Assembly (NCBI GenBank): GCA_965198175.1
Contig: OZ240245.1
Span: forward strand, 1,856,001-1,920,000
Direction: 5' to 3'
Source of the DNA: Candidatus Poribacteria bacterium
GTDB lineage: Bacteria; Poribacteria; WGA-4E; PCPOR2b
Length of the DNA: 64,000 bases
The position numbers and the translations under genes are program-made. The notes beneath the pieces were generated by a model. It ran no database searches, was not told the DNA's origin, and saw only the letters and a program-made list of their open reading frames with translations. Shown here piece by piece: positions 1 through 11,400 of the stretch. Within the stretch, counting starts at the first letter, position 1. The number at the start of each line of letters is the position of its first letter.

Positions 1-3000
1 TCACCGATATAAGAGACCGCTTGGGTGAGATCGATTGGCGCTATCGCGCTCATCACAGGAGGCTGAGAATCGAATATGAATTGATGGCGCGCCGGAACGC
101 CCGCTACACCCGCTGAATCAACTGGAGTTATTGTTGCCGTATAGGTGCCATCCATCGTACCGTCCGATGCCAGTTGCAACGGCGTCCAGACAATCTCATT
201 CGTTCCACTTGTGCTCTGAATTCCGTCTACTTCGCCGTTGGGACCTACCACGGTGATATTAGATCCGTCTGAGGTCAAGTCTAATCCAACGCCGCTGACA
301 TCTACAAGCGAGGCAGTGATAGCGTCCAGTGCATTGACAAATTCAACTGGCACAGTGTGTCCGCTGACCGTGATTATATCAACACGGGGAGGCGCTAACT
401 CAATGCGGAATTTGTAAGGGACGACGTGCCCGGAGACATTGCCGGCGCGGTCACGCGGTGTAATTTCGAGCGTGTACGTGCCGGAACGGTTCAGGCGAGT
501 AAAACTGATAGTCATCATGTCAACACCGTCATCGGTAGTATGTACGTCGACCTGAATGTCGCCCAGCGCGATCAATCTAACCTCCGTTCCCACAAGGTCT
601 ACACCACTGACCTGCCCTATCTCATCATTTGCGTCAGAGAATCTGACTGTAATCTCGCTCAAAGACGTATCTATGATTTGTAGCTGTTCAGCTGGGATTG
701 GCGCCGGGGTTGCGGTATTTGCCGTCACGGACACAATCTGTGGTATTTGTGTATCGTAGATAAACGTCCTCGAAACTTCCACGAGGTTTCCAGCCTTGTC
801 GACAACCGTCAGTCCGATGATGTATTCCCCATCTGCGTCCCCGTTTCGAGGCAGTGGGGAACCCAACTCCAGCGTAAGTGTCGAAGTCGATTTATCCACC
901 CGCATCCGACCGGGGAGAGTGTTGTCGTTAGGTCCCTGAAGCTGAATCGTCGAATGGTCGAAATCAATTCCTCCACCGCTGTGATCCAACAACGTCGCGC
1001 TTACAGACGTGAGTTGGGTCGCAGTTGAAAACTCAGCCGGCGTCGTCGAAACAATCTCTGGCTTCTGTGTACTATAGAAGAACGGAAACTCGATTGGACT
1101 GGTAAACATGTTTCCCGCCAGATCAGCTAGGGTCACCAGGATTCGGTAACGCCCATCAGCTAATCCATCCGCCCGCAGCGGATTAAAGCTGAAGAACACA
1201 GTTCCAGCTCCATCATCGGTTTGATTTCCGCCAATTTCGTCTCCGTTTGGGTCCACTAGACGAACTGTTGTTCTTGAGAGATCCATTCCACTGCCATCTT
1301 TGTCCGAGAAGACAACAGTAAGTTGTTGGATGGGGGAGGTAATGACTGTAGGTACTTGAAAGAGGACATCAATACTTGCACCGTCTATCTGTGCAGCGCG
1401 AATGGAATGCACGTTTGGCGCCTGAGTGTCGTAACGAAGGGTGAAGATTCTGTCTTCAAGATTTCCGGCTTTATCGAAGGCTTGGACACGGATTGAATAG
1501 GGGCCATCGGCATCGCCGTTGCGTGAGAGAGGTGTATCGAGCAGCCACCAGACCGTTGCGTTACTGTCGTTATTGAGGGCTCCGGGAACCGCTTCACCGA
1601 TGAGGTTCAATAACTGAACTGATGTGCGATCAAAGTCTATTCCTGCACTATCATCGCCGAGGACGACCGTGACCTGTGTCAACAGGTCGCTGACATTGGA
1701 GGCGTCCCCTGTGATGTCGAGCGGAATAACACGGGACAGCGAGACCACACTCAGCGCCTCAATGAAGGGTTTCTCCATATCGTAGGTGATTGCGAATGTC
1801 TGTGGAACCCCCCTGTTTCCTGCGAAATCCATCAGCGTTACAACGAGGGTGTATGCGCCAACGCTCGGAAGCACGGCAGATTCAAACGTGATGCGACTCA
1901 TTCCGTCATAGGTCTTTTCGCCGTCAATTGGGGTATTGTCTGGGGCGAGCAGTTGAACCTCTGACGCAACGAAATCGACGCCCGATCCATCGCCAACATC
2001 CTCATTTGACTGGGGCGCTGGGTCTATTACCTCGAATTCGACTTCGATGAGATTCCGGGTGGTCGCGCTCTCCGCAGGCATACGGGAATCCGGGGTGATT
2101 ATCGGCGGTTGGCTATCATACAGAAAATGGCGCGTGTAGTTTGCTGTTGTTCCGAGTTTATCAACGAGATTGAAGTCGATAGTGTACTGCCCATCCACCG
2201 TGCCGTCGGTTGGAAGTAAGGTTTCCAGCGTGAGTGTCAGAACGCTATCATTTCTCAAAGTGCCCATAATTCTTTCTCCGCTGGGGCCTTTCAAAATGAT
2301 TGTAGATTTCGAAAAATCGATTCCACTTCCGCTGTTATCAATCAGCATCGCAGTAATCTCTTCCACTCGGTTGACAATCGCGTTGTCTGCTGGCGCCAGT
2401 GTGTCAATCTCTGGGGCTCTTGTCGCGAAGGTAAATTCAAATTGGAATGGGGCGTCCGCAACGTTCCCCGCTCGATCGGCGGAGGTCACTTCAATGGCGT
2501 AAATGCCGTCCGCAGTTCCATCTGTCTGGAGCGGATTGAATTGCAAGATAATCGTGTCAAGACCGTTATCCGAGATGTTTGACAAAATCGGCGAGCCATC
2601 AGGTTGAATTAGACGCACCTGGGACACACCGAGATCTATGCCACTTAGGTCCGACTCGAATTTTACAAGAGTCTGACTCAACTGGGAGACGTAATCACCG
2701 GCTGACGGGGTTGTGCTTGCAATGGTCGGAATCTGCGTGTCAAAGGTAAAGGTAAACTCTTCGGTGAAAGCACTGCCGGCGAAATCTTCATATCTTACGC
2801 TGACGGTGTATTCACCATCTGCTGAACCGTTGCGAGGAAGAAGCGTATCAATCGTCCATATCAAGCGTGCGTTTTCTGCATCGGACGATACGTCCTTGGG
2901 TAGTACAACCATCCCATCCGGTCCTATCACTTGAATTGTCGATTTGTGGCGCAAGACGCCGTCTTGCAGTACAGGGGAAAAATAGATTCCGGGACCACTG

Positions 3001-6000
3001 TAACCCAAGAGTTGCGTTTCAATTGTCGTCAGGGTGCTGATTTGAGATTCGCTGGGGGTATTGAGCCGAATCTCTGGGGCTCTTGTCGCGAAGGTAAATT
3101 CAAATTGGAATGGGGCGTCCGCAACGTTCCCCGCTCGATCGGCGGAGGTCACTTCAATGGCGTAAATGCCGTCCGCAGTTCCATCTGTCTGGAGCGGATT
3201 GAATTGCAAGATAATCGTGTCAAGACCGTTATCCGAGATGTTTGACAAAATCGGCGAGCCATCAGGTTGAATTAGACGCACCTGGGACACACCGAGATCT
3301 ATGCCACTTAGGTCCGACTCGAATTTTACAAGAGTCTGACTCAACTGGGAGACGTAATCACCGGCTGACGGGGTTGTGCTTGCAATGGTCGGAATCTGCG
3401 TGTCAAAGGTAAAGGTAAACTCTTCGGTGAAAGCACTGCCGGCGAAATCTTCATATCTTACGCTGACGGTGTATTCACCATCTGCTGAACCGTTGCGAGG
3501 AAGAAGCGTATCAATCGTCCATATCAAGCGTGCGTTTTCTGCATCGGACGATACGTCCTTGGGTAGTACAACCATCCCATCCGGTCCTATCACTTGAATT
3601 GTCGATTTGTGGCGCAAGACGCCGTCTTGCAGTACAGGGGAAAAATAGATTCCGGGACCACTGTAACCCAAGAGTTGCGTTTCAATTGTCGTCAGGGTGC
3701 TGATTTGAGATTCGCTGGGGGTATTGAGCCGAATCTCTGGGGCTCTTGTCGCGAAGGTAAATTCAAATTGGAATGGGGCGTCCGCAACGTTCCCCGCTCG
3801 ATCGGCGGAGGTCACTTCAATGGCGTAAATGCCGTCCGCAGTTCCATCTGTCTGGAGCGGATTGAATTGCAAGATAATCGTGTCAAGACCGTTATCCGAG
3901 ATGTTTGACAAAATCGGCGAGCCATCAGGTTGAATTAGACGCACCTGGGACACACCGAGATCTATGCCACTTAGGTCCGACTCGAATTTTACAAGAGTCT
4001 GACTCAACTGGGAGACGTAATCACCGGCTGACGGGGTTGTGCTTGCAATGGTCGGAATCTGCGTGTCAAAGGTAAAGGTAAACTCTTCGGTGAAAGCACT
4101 GCCGGCGAAATCTTCATATCTTACGCTGACGGTGTATTCACCATCTGCTGAACCGTTGCGAGGAAGAAGCGTATCAATCGTCCATATCAAGCGTGCGTTT
4201 TCTGCATCGGACGATACGTCCTTGGGTAGTACAACCATCCCATCCGGTCCTATCACTTGAATTGTCGATTTGTGGCGCAAGACGCCGTCTTGCAGTACAG
4301 GGGAAAAATAGATTCCGGGACCACTGTAACCCAAGAGTTGCGTTTCAATTGTCGTCAGGGTGCTGATTTGAGATTCGCTGGGGGTATTGAGCCGAATTTC
4401 TGGGATTTGTGTGTCAAAGAAGAACCGATGAGCACGTACTGTTCCGATGTTCCCGGCACGATCGGCGGGGGCGATTTCGATAGTGTACTCGCCATCGTCC
4501 GAGCCGTCTGTCGCAAGCGGTTTCGCCAAGGTAAGCGTCACGGTGTCTTGACCGTTATCGCTGGTATCAACGCCAATCTCATTTCCTTCCTGGAGCAGTC
4601 TGACGGTGGTGGATGAAAAATTAACCCCGCTCGACACATCGTTGAGGCGAACGGACACTTTTGAGAGAGATGAAACGGTTTCGTTGTCGCCTGGTGTTGT
4701 TGAAACAAGCACAGGTGCCTGCGTGTCATAAATCAGAACAGCGTCCGTCGTTTGCGTGTTGCCCACATTGTCCACAAAGCTCACTTGAACCCTATATGTG
4801 CCGTCTTGACTCCCATCGCGGACTTGAAGCGGTTGGTTCAACCGAAAGGTTAGTGTATTGTTATTCAAATCCGGAATCAACGCCCCTGCTTCCGGCACCC
4901 AATCATCCTCTTCTACGTGGCGCACCATCTCAATTGTCGTCGTATCAAGATTGACCCCGCTACCATTCGCATCGTCAAAAGCGGCGGTTATCAGAGAAAG
5001 CGGAGTGTTCTGGAAGGTTTGCGGTTCCGAAATCTCAATCGGCAAAAGGGAGATTAGTTGGGGCGGTTGGGTGTCGTAAACAAAGGGGATCTGCCACTGT
5101 GAACCTTCGTTTGCTGCGTTATCGAGCGGCGTGACGATGAGGGTGTACGTTCCATCGTCAGTTCCGTCTGTCACTAGCGGGAAACTCAGCCACCATCGGA
5201 TACCGTTCTCGCCAATGGGGCTCTGTACGCCGTCCACTTCTCCTTTAGGACCATTGAGGCGGATGGTCGAGACATTGCGATTAAGTGCAATGTTATCTGC
5301 AAGGAAGGCATCGACAAACATCAGTGGTGTCTTGATGGCTGCTCCTGGTTTTAGTTCCGCCCCGTTAGCAGTGACTTTAGTCACAATCGGCGGGTTTGTA
5401 TCGAAAGTGAAATTCACGATGCGCTGAGCATTGTTCCCCGCCAGGTCCAACGCATCGGCGGTGACAGTGTAAACCCCGTTTTCATCAAGATCATCCAAAG
5501 GTGAATTGAGAGTCAGGGTAAGACGGTTTTCGCTCTCGTCGCTGTTGTGACTTCCCGCGATTGAATCGCCGTTTTCATTTTCCAATGTAATCTTTGTCGA
5601 TGTCGGGGTGAAATCAATGGAGGTTCCGCCATCTGGATTGACTATCGCCTCGATTACTGAAATCGGTGTGTTTTGAAAGGTGTTGTCGCTAGGCGTTACC
5701 TGCGAGATGGACGGTGGTACAGTATCAATAGTTACCGCGCCAATGGTGAACATACCGATGTTGCCGGCTCTATCACTCCCCCGAAGGTGCAAATTATAAA
5801 TACCGTCGCTCAGCGCTATGCCAAAACTGTCGTCCCCCTTCCAAGTGTAGGTGTACCTTCCTTTTGAGCGGCCATGAAATAGAATTGCGGGTATGTTGGT
5901 CTCGATGAATTCTAATTGGAGGGTTGCCAAATCTTCAGAGAGGGTATAGCTGATTTTCGTTGAATCTTCGGTACCATCCCCGTTTGGTGAGAACTCGCGT

Positions 6001-6614
6001 TGGGAAACTTGCACAGACGCCCCGGGCGAAGTTGTGTCAATAGTAGCAGAACGGGTATCGGAGGTGTATCCAAATATCTCGTCCACTCTACCGTCTTGGA
6101 ACGCATCAATATCAACACGGATCTCGTAGGACCCGTCCCTAACAGTACGAGCGGTGGGCGGCGACTCTTGGTCTGGAGACCGATCCTTGCCGTCCCACTC
6201 CTGACGGATAACTTTGGGCGAATCGCTCTCGGCGGCTCCGGAGCCTATGGCGCCTTTGATTAGCCAATCATCGTCGGGGTTGAATTTTCCATCAGGCGGA
6301 CCAATCCCCCCCGCGCCATGCACGTCGATTATTATTCGGAAATCCCCTAGAGAACCATCCCCCGCAAAGCTGATAAGTAGCTTATCCTGTACGCCGTCTC
6401 CGTTTGGGCTGAAGACGGTATCTTCGTCCGCGTCATCAATCACCTGCAGAGCTGATTCAAAACCGAGCCCCCAAGCTAGCGACTGTTCCGGGGCACAGGG
6501 CAAGCGAAGTTGAAGCAGGAGAAAGAAAATAGATAGACGCAGAATAATATGAAAACGCCCTACGGGCGAAATTCTTCCAGCGCAATGATGTTTCAAGGTT
6601 TTGAGAATAAACAC
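1..6614 (-). CDS. Giant secreted/surface protein with N-terminal FSPNGDG (FlgD-like) modules and many bacterial Ig-like repeats; 3' end runs off the window (>2200 aa)
   Basis: GTG at 6614 preceded by AAGAGGAG. Manual translation gives VFILKTLK...SIFFLLLQLRLPCAPEQSLAWGLGFESALQVIDDADEDTVFSPNGDGVQD. The same frame is open at 2819 (DGEYTVSVRYEDFAG) and at 20-1. Recurrent DG.Y......D.AGN and FDT..P Ig motifs. Its absence from the ORF track is consistent with no stop codon inside the window. Confidence 0.9.
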   Translation of the reverse strand, partial: MFILKTLKHHCAGRISPVGRFHIILRLSIFFLLLQLRLPCAPEQSLAWGLGFESALQVIDDADEDTVFSPNGDGVQDKLLISFAGDGSLGDFRIIIDVHGAGGIGPPDGKFNPDDDWLIKGAIGSGAAESDSPKVIRQEWDGKDRSPDQESPPTARTVRDGSYEIRVDIDAFQDGRVDEIFGYTSDTRSATIDTTSPGASVQVSQREFSPNGDGTEDSTKISYTLSEDLATLQLEFIETNIPAILFHGRSKGRYTYTWKGDDSFGIALSDGIYNLHLRGSDRAGNIGMFTIGAVTIDTVPPSISQVTPSDNTFQNTPISVIEAIVNPDGGTSIDFTPTSTKITLENENGDSIAGSHNSDESENRLTLTLNSPLDDLDENGVYTVTADALDLAGNNAQRIVNFTFDTNPPIVTKVTANGAELKPGAAIKTPLMFVDAFLADNIALNRNVSTIRLNGPKGEVDGVQSPIGENGIRWWLSFPLVTDGTDDGTYTLIVTPLDNAANEGSQWQIPFVYDTQPPQLISLLPIEISEPQTFQNTPLSLITAAFDDANGSGVNLDTTTIEMVRHVEEDDWVPEAGALIPDLNNNTLTFRLNQPLQVRDGSQDGTYRVQVSFVDNVGNTQTTDAVLIYDTQAPVLVSTTPGDNETVSSLSKVSVRLNDVSSGVNFSSTTVRLLQEGNEIGVDTSDNGQDTVTLTLAKPLATDGSDDGEYTIEIAPADRAGNIGTVRAHRFFFDTQIPEIRLNTPSESQISTLTTIETQLLGYSGPGIYFSPVLQDGVLRHKSTIQVIGPDGMVVLPKDVSSDAENARLIWTIDTLLPRNGSADGEYTVSVRYEDFAGSAFTEEFTFTFDTQIPTIASTTPSAGDYVSQLSQTLVKFESDLSGIDLGVSQVRLIQPDGSPILSNISDNGLDTIILQFNPLQTDGTADGIYAIEVTSADRAGNVADAPFQFEFTFATRAPEIRLNTPSESQISTLTTIETQLLGYSGPGIYFSPVLQDGVLRHKSTIQVIGPDGMVVLPKDVSSDAENARLIWTIDTLLPRNGSADGEYTVSVRYEDFAGSAFTEEFTFTFDTQIPTIASTTPSAGDYVSQLSQTLVKFESDLSGIDLGVSQVRLIQPDGSPILSNISDNGLDTIILQFNPLQTDGTADGIYAIEVTSADRAGNVADAPFQFEFTFATRAPEIRLNTPSESQISTLTTIETQLLGYSGPGIYFSPVLQDGVLRHKSTIQVIGPDGMVVLPKDVSSDAENARLIWTIDTLLPRNGSADGEYTVSVRYEDFAGSAFTEEFTFTFDTQIPTIASTTPSAGDYVSQLSQTLVKFESDLSGIDLGVSQVRLIQPDGSPILSNISDNGLDTIILQFNPLQTDGTADGIYAIEVTSADRAGNVADAPFQFEFTFATRAPEIDTLAPADNAIVNRVEEITAMLIDNSGSGIDFSKSTIILKGPSGERIMGTLRNDSVLTLTLETLLPTDGTVDGQYTIDFNLVDKLGTTANYTRHFLYDSQPPIITPDSRMPAESATTRNLIEVEFEVIDPAPQSNEDVGDGSGVDFVASEVQLLAPDNTPIDGEKTYDGMSRITFESAVLPSVGAYTLVVTLMDFAGNRGVPQTFAITYDMEKPFIEALSVVSLSRVIPLDITGDASNVSDLLTQVTVVLGDDSAGIDFDRTSVQLLNLIGEAVPGALNNDSNATVWWLLDTPLSRNGDADGPYSIRVQAFDKAGNLEDRIFTLRYDTQAPNVHSIRAAQIDGASIDVLFQVPTVITSPIQQLTVVFSDKDGSGMDLSRTTVRLVDPNGDEIGGNQTDDGAGTVFFSFNPLRADGLADGRYRILVTLADLAGNMFTSPIEFPFFYSTQKPEIVSTTPAEFSTATQLTSVSATLLDHSGGGIDFDHSTIQLQGPNDNTLPGRMRVDKSTSTLTLELGSPLPRNGDADGEYIIGLTVVDKAGNLVEVSRTFIYDTQIPQIVSVTANTATPAPIPAEQLQIIDTSLSEITVRFSDANDEIGQVSGVDLVGTEVRLIALGDIQVDVHTTDDGVDMMTISFTRLNRSGTYTLEITPRDRAGNVSGHVVPYKFRIELAPPRVDIITVSGHTVPVEFVNALDAITASLVDVSGVGLDLTSDGSNITVVGPNGEVDGIQSTSGTNEIVWTPLQLASDGTMDGTYTATITPVDSAGVAGVPARHQFIFDSQPPVMSAIAPIDLTQAVSYIG
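2406..4397. repeat. Three tandem, apparently identical 663-bp (221-aa, two Ig domains) intragenic repeats
   Basis: AATCTCTGGGGCTCTTGTCGCG starts at 2406, 3069 and 3732; a diverged AATTTCTGGG starts at 4395. Antisense ORFs at 2713/3376/4039 have identical translations. Confidence 0.97.
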
Positions 6615-6815
6615 TTGTCTCCTCTTAAGTTCAGGACATGGTGCTTGGGGCTACGAAGAATCCTCATCTCAACGATGTTATTTTGACGGAACGTTCAATT
6701 TGTCTTAGACGTAAAAACATCTGTTTGGTTGAGGTATTGGGCGGAACAACAGGTGGATGTCTGGCGGGCGGCGCCGACATCGACTTGTGCCAGTCCACAA
6801 CTGGTATTTCAGTGC

Positions 6816-6847
6816 GTAGGTTAGGTTGAGCGCTAGAGAAACCCAAC
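6816..6847 (+). repeat. REP-like palindrome, GTAGGTTGGGTTGAG...AACCCAAC family
   Basis: GTAGGTTAGGTTGAGCGCTAGAGAAACCCAAC; relatives at 15214, 16458 and 63037-63195. Confidence 0.65.
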
Positions 6848-6914
6848 AAGATTATCAAGATTATCGCTGCATCGGATAGGTTTAGGCGTTGGGTGTCACT
6901 AGAATCCCAATCGA

Positions 6915-8360
6915 TTACTCAATCCAGAACGAGAAGAGACGCGCTTGGTGAAGATAAAACTTCAGGCGCACCGGCTTCTCAAATACCAAGTCGTGTGGGT
7001 ATTTCCATCGAATCTTCGCTTTGGTGCTGTCGCCGGTAAACGGCGGCGGTTCCTCGCCCGGTACCCAGAATCCCTCATGTGGTCGCTGTGTCTCTGCATC
7101 GACAATCTCGCTGTAGATCTCGCCCCAAGTCGCATCCGCATTGATGTAGACATCCTCGCCCTTCAACTCAAACGGCTTTGTTACAATTGTGCCGCATTCA
7201 CCTCCGTCGATAGATACAAAGCCGTCAGGTCGAAGCTTGGCGAGCATCAACGCGCTCGCATCTTCAAAGTGATCGGGTTTGACATTGAGCCGGAACAACT
7301 CCTTGGCACGGTTGAACTCTTTATACTGCTCGATATTTGAAGGCATGCGCAAGGCGTTGTAGTAGCACCAGATTTCACCGTCCTCACGCACGATGGGATG
7401 CCCCGCCATCAGGAGCTGGTTGCACCCATAATTTTCGCCATCGAACGGTTCAAGCTCAATGAACAACGCACGATCAGCGACACGTCCCCAGTGATTGAGG
7501 TTGCGTGAGACCGTCAATTCGATCTGGTTAATGCGGGTGTAGTTTGTTTCCGGTGGCGGAATGGCACCGACAGGATTGAAAATTGTTGGGAAACCGATAT
7601 AGAACCCTTGGTACGGCAGGACAGCCATGTTGTAGCACTCGGCGATGTAATCCTCGTCGTCGATGATGGGCGGGGTGATATATGCCGGGTCTTCAATTAT
7701 TTTGCGGACACGGCGGCGGCGGTTCTCCCGGTCAATCTCGTCGGTGTGGAAGATCAGTTGGGGTTCGGTGAAGGTATTGAAATCGGAACTGGTAGAGAGC
7801 CACACCGAACGTCCCCATTCCGTACTCAGCTTAACCATGGCGAGAAACTGGTTCGACTGGAGGTCATGCGTAAACTGGGACTCGTCTTGACTGGGAATGG
7901 GAGGCGTATCAAGGAGTGTCCAGTCAAATCCGTCCGGAGACACAGCAAGGCGGCGGTTGTTGGCGTTGAACAGCCCTTTGTAGCGGCGGCGGGGATCTGG
8001 ATCGGTTTCATCGCGCACAACGTGAAACGGGAGCCCCTGTCCCATATCTTCCGGGTCGAAGGCGATATTGTTTTTCTTGGAACCGTCCAATTCGTATAAC
8101 CCCAAGGCGGGCTTTTCCCAATGCTCGCCGTATTCAGAGACCGCATAGTACGAATGCCGACCGAAGTACCACCATTCCCACAGTTTTTTCGCCGAATTCC
8201 ATTGTGGGCAGGAACGGCTCTGAATCCCCCCGCCGTGGATGACGGGACCCCATTTCTTTGGGGAGTGTAGCGTACGCGTGGTGCTATTCATGCTTTCCAC
8301 GGCGAAGTCATCCAGAAAAAGTTGGCGGTATTTCATGGGGTTAATCATTTCGAGGGACAC
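6915..8360 (-). CDS. Glycoside hydrolase-like (GH32/43/130 clan-like) five-bladed beta-propeller protein
   Basis: 481 aa; RQLFLDD start, DPDPRRRYKG, AVSPDGFDW, SQDE, LAKLRPDGFVS and C-terminal VRLKFYLHQARLFSF; AAAGGAG RBS. Confidence 0.6.
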   Translation of the reverse strand: MSLEMINPMKYRQLFLDDFAVESMNSTTRTLHSPKKWGPVIHGGGIQSRSCPQWNSAKKLWEWWYFGRHSYYAVSEYGEHWEKPALGLYELDGSKKNNIAFDPEDMGQGLPFHVVRDETDPDPRRRYKGLFNANNRRLAVSPDGFDWTLLDTPPIPSQDESQFTHDLQSNQFLAMVKLSTEWGRSVWLSTSSDFNTFTEPQLIFHTDEIDRENRRRRVRKIIEDPAYITPPIIDDEDYIAECYNMAVLPYQGFYIGFPTIFNPVGAIPPPETNYTRINQIELTVSRNLNHWGRVADRALFIELEPFDGENYGCNQLLMAGHPIVREDGEIWCYYNALRMPSNIEQYKEFNRAKELFRLNVKPDHFEDASALMLAKLRPDGFVSIDGGECGTIVTKPFELKGEDVYINADATWGEIYSEIVDAETQRPHEGFWVPGEEPPPFTGDSTKAKIRWKYPHDLVFEKPVRLKFYLHQARLFSFWIE

Positions 8361-8467
8361 TGGTGTTTCTCCTTTGGGTGGTGAGGGTAGGAGCAGGCAT
8401 TACCCAATCCCAAATAGCCAAACTTATTTCTTTTAACTTCATTAAACCTCGCCCGTGGGAGCGCCAA

Positions 8468-11400
8468 TTACCCGCTCTCAGAGGAAGTTTCTTCAAAGAT
8501 TGGGGCGAGGTAAGCAGGGTCGGCAGGATTACGAAAGAGGATGTGCAAAGCTTCGAAATCCTGTTTATTCTTGTCGGGATGTTTCTGTATGAGTGTCGGC
8601 AAATCAGTTGTCGAAATGATATAGGAATCCATGTTAACAGTCTTCTCTTGAATGCGTTGTTTCTCAGAGAGCAGGCGGAGTCTTTTGTAAAGTGAGATTT
8701 TGTCATTGTATTTATTGATGGCTACATGTACCATGCCATGGGGCTCAATGAAAACTATACGCTGCTTTTGACCATCAAGAACCCAGAGAATAAAGTCAGG
8801 ATAGAAGCCTTCGTTCTGGTAGAATCCCACGCCTCTACCTCGGCTTTGATTGCGTAAAAGGAATACCTTTTTTTTTACGAGAAGTTTCTCGCGTTGTTGG
8901 CAGACGTAACGACGGAGGTCTTCTACAAAGTGTTTCTCGCTCTCTTGCAAAGCTGGCGGTGCTGTATTCCACGAATCGACCGCTTTGTTAACTACGAGAA
9001 GCGGTTGATAAAGGTGGTTCTCAATATAGACTGCGAGCGCGGGCTTTACCATCGGATCGTAGGCGATTCCTGATTCAGTTATCCGCTTAATTTCCTCGGT
9101 GTAATCCCTCAATTGCTGAATCAGTTGTGAATCCTCTTTGCGAAAGCTAATTTTCCACTTGCCGAAATTGAGGTTGGGGTCATGCTTCTCCAATGTCTCT
9201 AAGGTCATGTTATTTGTATTTGCTTGTTGCTGCGTTAAGCGAAAAAATTTGGCAACATACTTCCGCAAGATAGTAAGCACGAGCAGTTCAAGGCGTTCAA
9301 GGTCCGCCAGACTTCGCGGCTCAAATACAGATTTTTCTGTTACAAAGAGTTGATACAACCCCTTGTCTGGATCGAGAATTTGTTGAACAACATTGGTGTC
9401 AAAAATAAGGTTATGAAACCCTTGTTCTTGTTTGTATTCAAGAAGTTGAAGATAGATCCATTCCCAGTTTATCAGTTTTAAACTCTTGGCGGGGATGGGT
9501 ACATGCTGCCGATTAGGTCCGGCTTGAGTTTCTTGGATTCCAACCGGCTGATAACTCTGGATGATGTCTATAATTTGCGTACTGTGCATAATCTTGCTCG
9601 CGCGATGGGCTTGAAGTTGTACGCACTGCCCCAACGCCGATTCGCGATAGGATGGAGCTTTTGGGTAGCATATATCTTGGTCCGAGTTAAGAATTCTAGG
9701 ACTAGTTGTAATGGGTAACTCTATTTCCATTTGCCCTTCGTACGGAATTTCTTCGCGGTTGAGGTATTCTCGAAATTCGACCATGAAGTTAGCACGGATA
9801 GCAAAGATGTTCAGGGTTTCCAAGAGCGATAGATTGCGCGGATGCTCACCTTCAAGTGCGGCACTGCGTTTAAGGCTCAAGTTCTTGCCGCGCAGGCGCA
9901 CCCCTCTGCCAAACAGTTGGATTATTTGGGAGCCTTCGTTTTTGCCTACGTTGAGCAGTCCCATGGCAGTGACACGCCAGCAGTCCCAGCCTTCGATGAA
10001 CTTTTTCGCGCCGATGAGGATGTTGATGGGGCTTGTAGGGCCGTTGATGTTGCTGAATAGACTCGCGGTAAGGACATCTTCCTGCTTAGTGTCGATGCCG
10101 GCGTTATCGTTTTCGACCAGTTTTTTGAAGGCGGGAGTATCGCCAATGTAGATTATACCAAAATAGCTATGACCGTTGGTGGCTTTCAACCCAATTTCAC
10201 CTGGGGCGTTGCGGACATTGTGGAGATGCAATGCGCCGCTAGTAGTGGTATGGAATATCTCGTTGAGGATACCGGAGTATATTTCTACGGGGCTTTCGCC
10301 GAGTTCTTTGAGATACTTGAGTCGACTGTAGAAGACATCGGTATTGTTCTCGTCAGATAAGCCGGAATCACCGTTGAGAATCCTATTAATGGTGTGGATT
10401 ACCCAGTTGCCTTCGTTTCTTAGAAACCTGTGTAGGAAGCGAATGACGTTGAGAACATCGGAACGCTTTTTGTTGTCATACACAACGTTAACACTGCCAC
10501 CGACGAATGCCCATAATGGAGAGTCTAAGCCGTAAGCGCGCACCGCTTCAGTATTTCGCTTGTAATAACGTCGCTGTTGGTAAAAACTGAGGAGATTACC
10601 CAAGAGGAGTGTCTCGGTTTGAGTCTCTTCATCGTGGCGGACATTAAGAATGCGGAAGTCCTTGCCGTATCCATCGCTGTAGAAATAGCGATAGGAGTAA
10701 TCGAAAACGATGGCTTTTCCGTATTCCTCAACGAGGTCTGCGTTGTTCGCGGCAGCGAGTGCTTGCCCAAAGGTTGCGCTGTATTCAAAGGTGAAACCGG
10801 TTTCGGCGAGATCTTCGCGATATTTTCGCCACACTTTTCGCCCACTGCCTTTGTGCCCTTCGTCGACAAAAATTAGGTTATGCCCTTCAAATGCCTCGAC
10901 TGGGACGCTCACGCCGCCACCTGTCTTCTCGTCCACTAACTTTGTAATTTCGATTACCTGCACTGCGTTGTGGAAGCGCGAAAGGCGATTACCTTCAACG
11001 TTGAAGTGATTACTCCGAATGTCGGAATTTGCGAGTTCGCGGAGATGCTGCTCACTCAATCCTTCGCTAGGTGTGATGAGGACAATGTTGTCTATCGCGG
11101 CCTTGCAGTAGTGGAGGTACTGGTGGTAGTTGATGTGCATAATCAGGGTTTTGCCCGCGCCGGTTGCCATCCAAAAGGCAAGTTTTTGCAAATCGGCGCC
11201 TGTGAAGGGATTACCCATGGCATCGCCGGGGGCTTTCGTGTCGTTACAAGCTTGCACAAAATCGTTGAGGCGATGCAGGAATTCCGCCTGTCGGTTAAAT
11301 TTCCAGTCCAAGAAAATCTCAGTGTAAAATAGTGCGAGGTATTGGAAATAGCGGAGGACTATCGGTTGCGTACGTTTGTAGTTTATTGTGGCTAGGTGTC

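Noticed and set aside
426..6513. Many short + strand ORFs, including identical triplets at 2713/3376/4039
   Set aside because: Antisense shadows of the giant minus-strand Ig gene and its repeats
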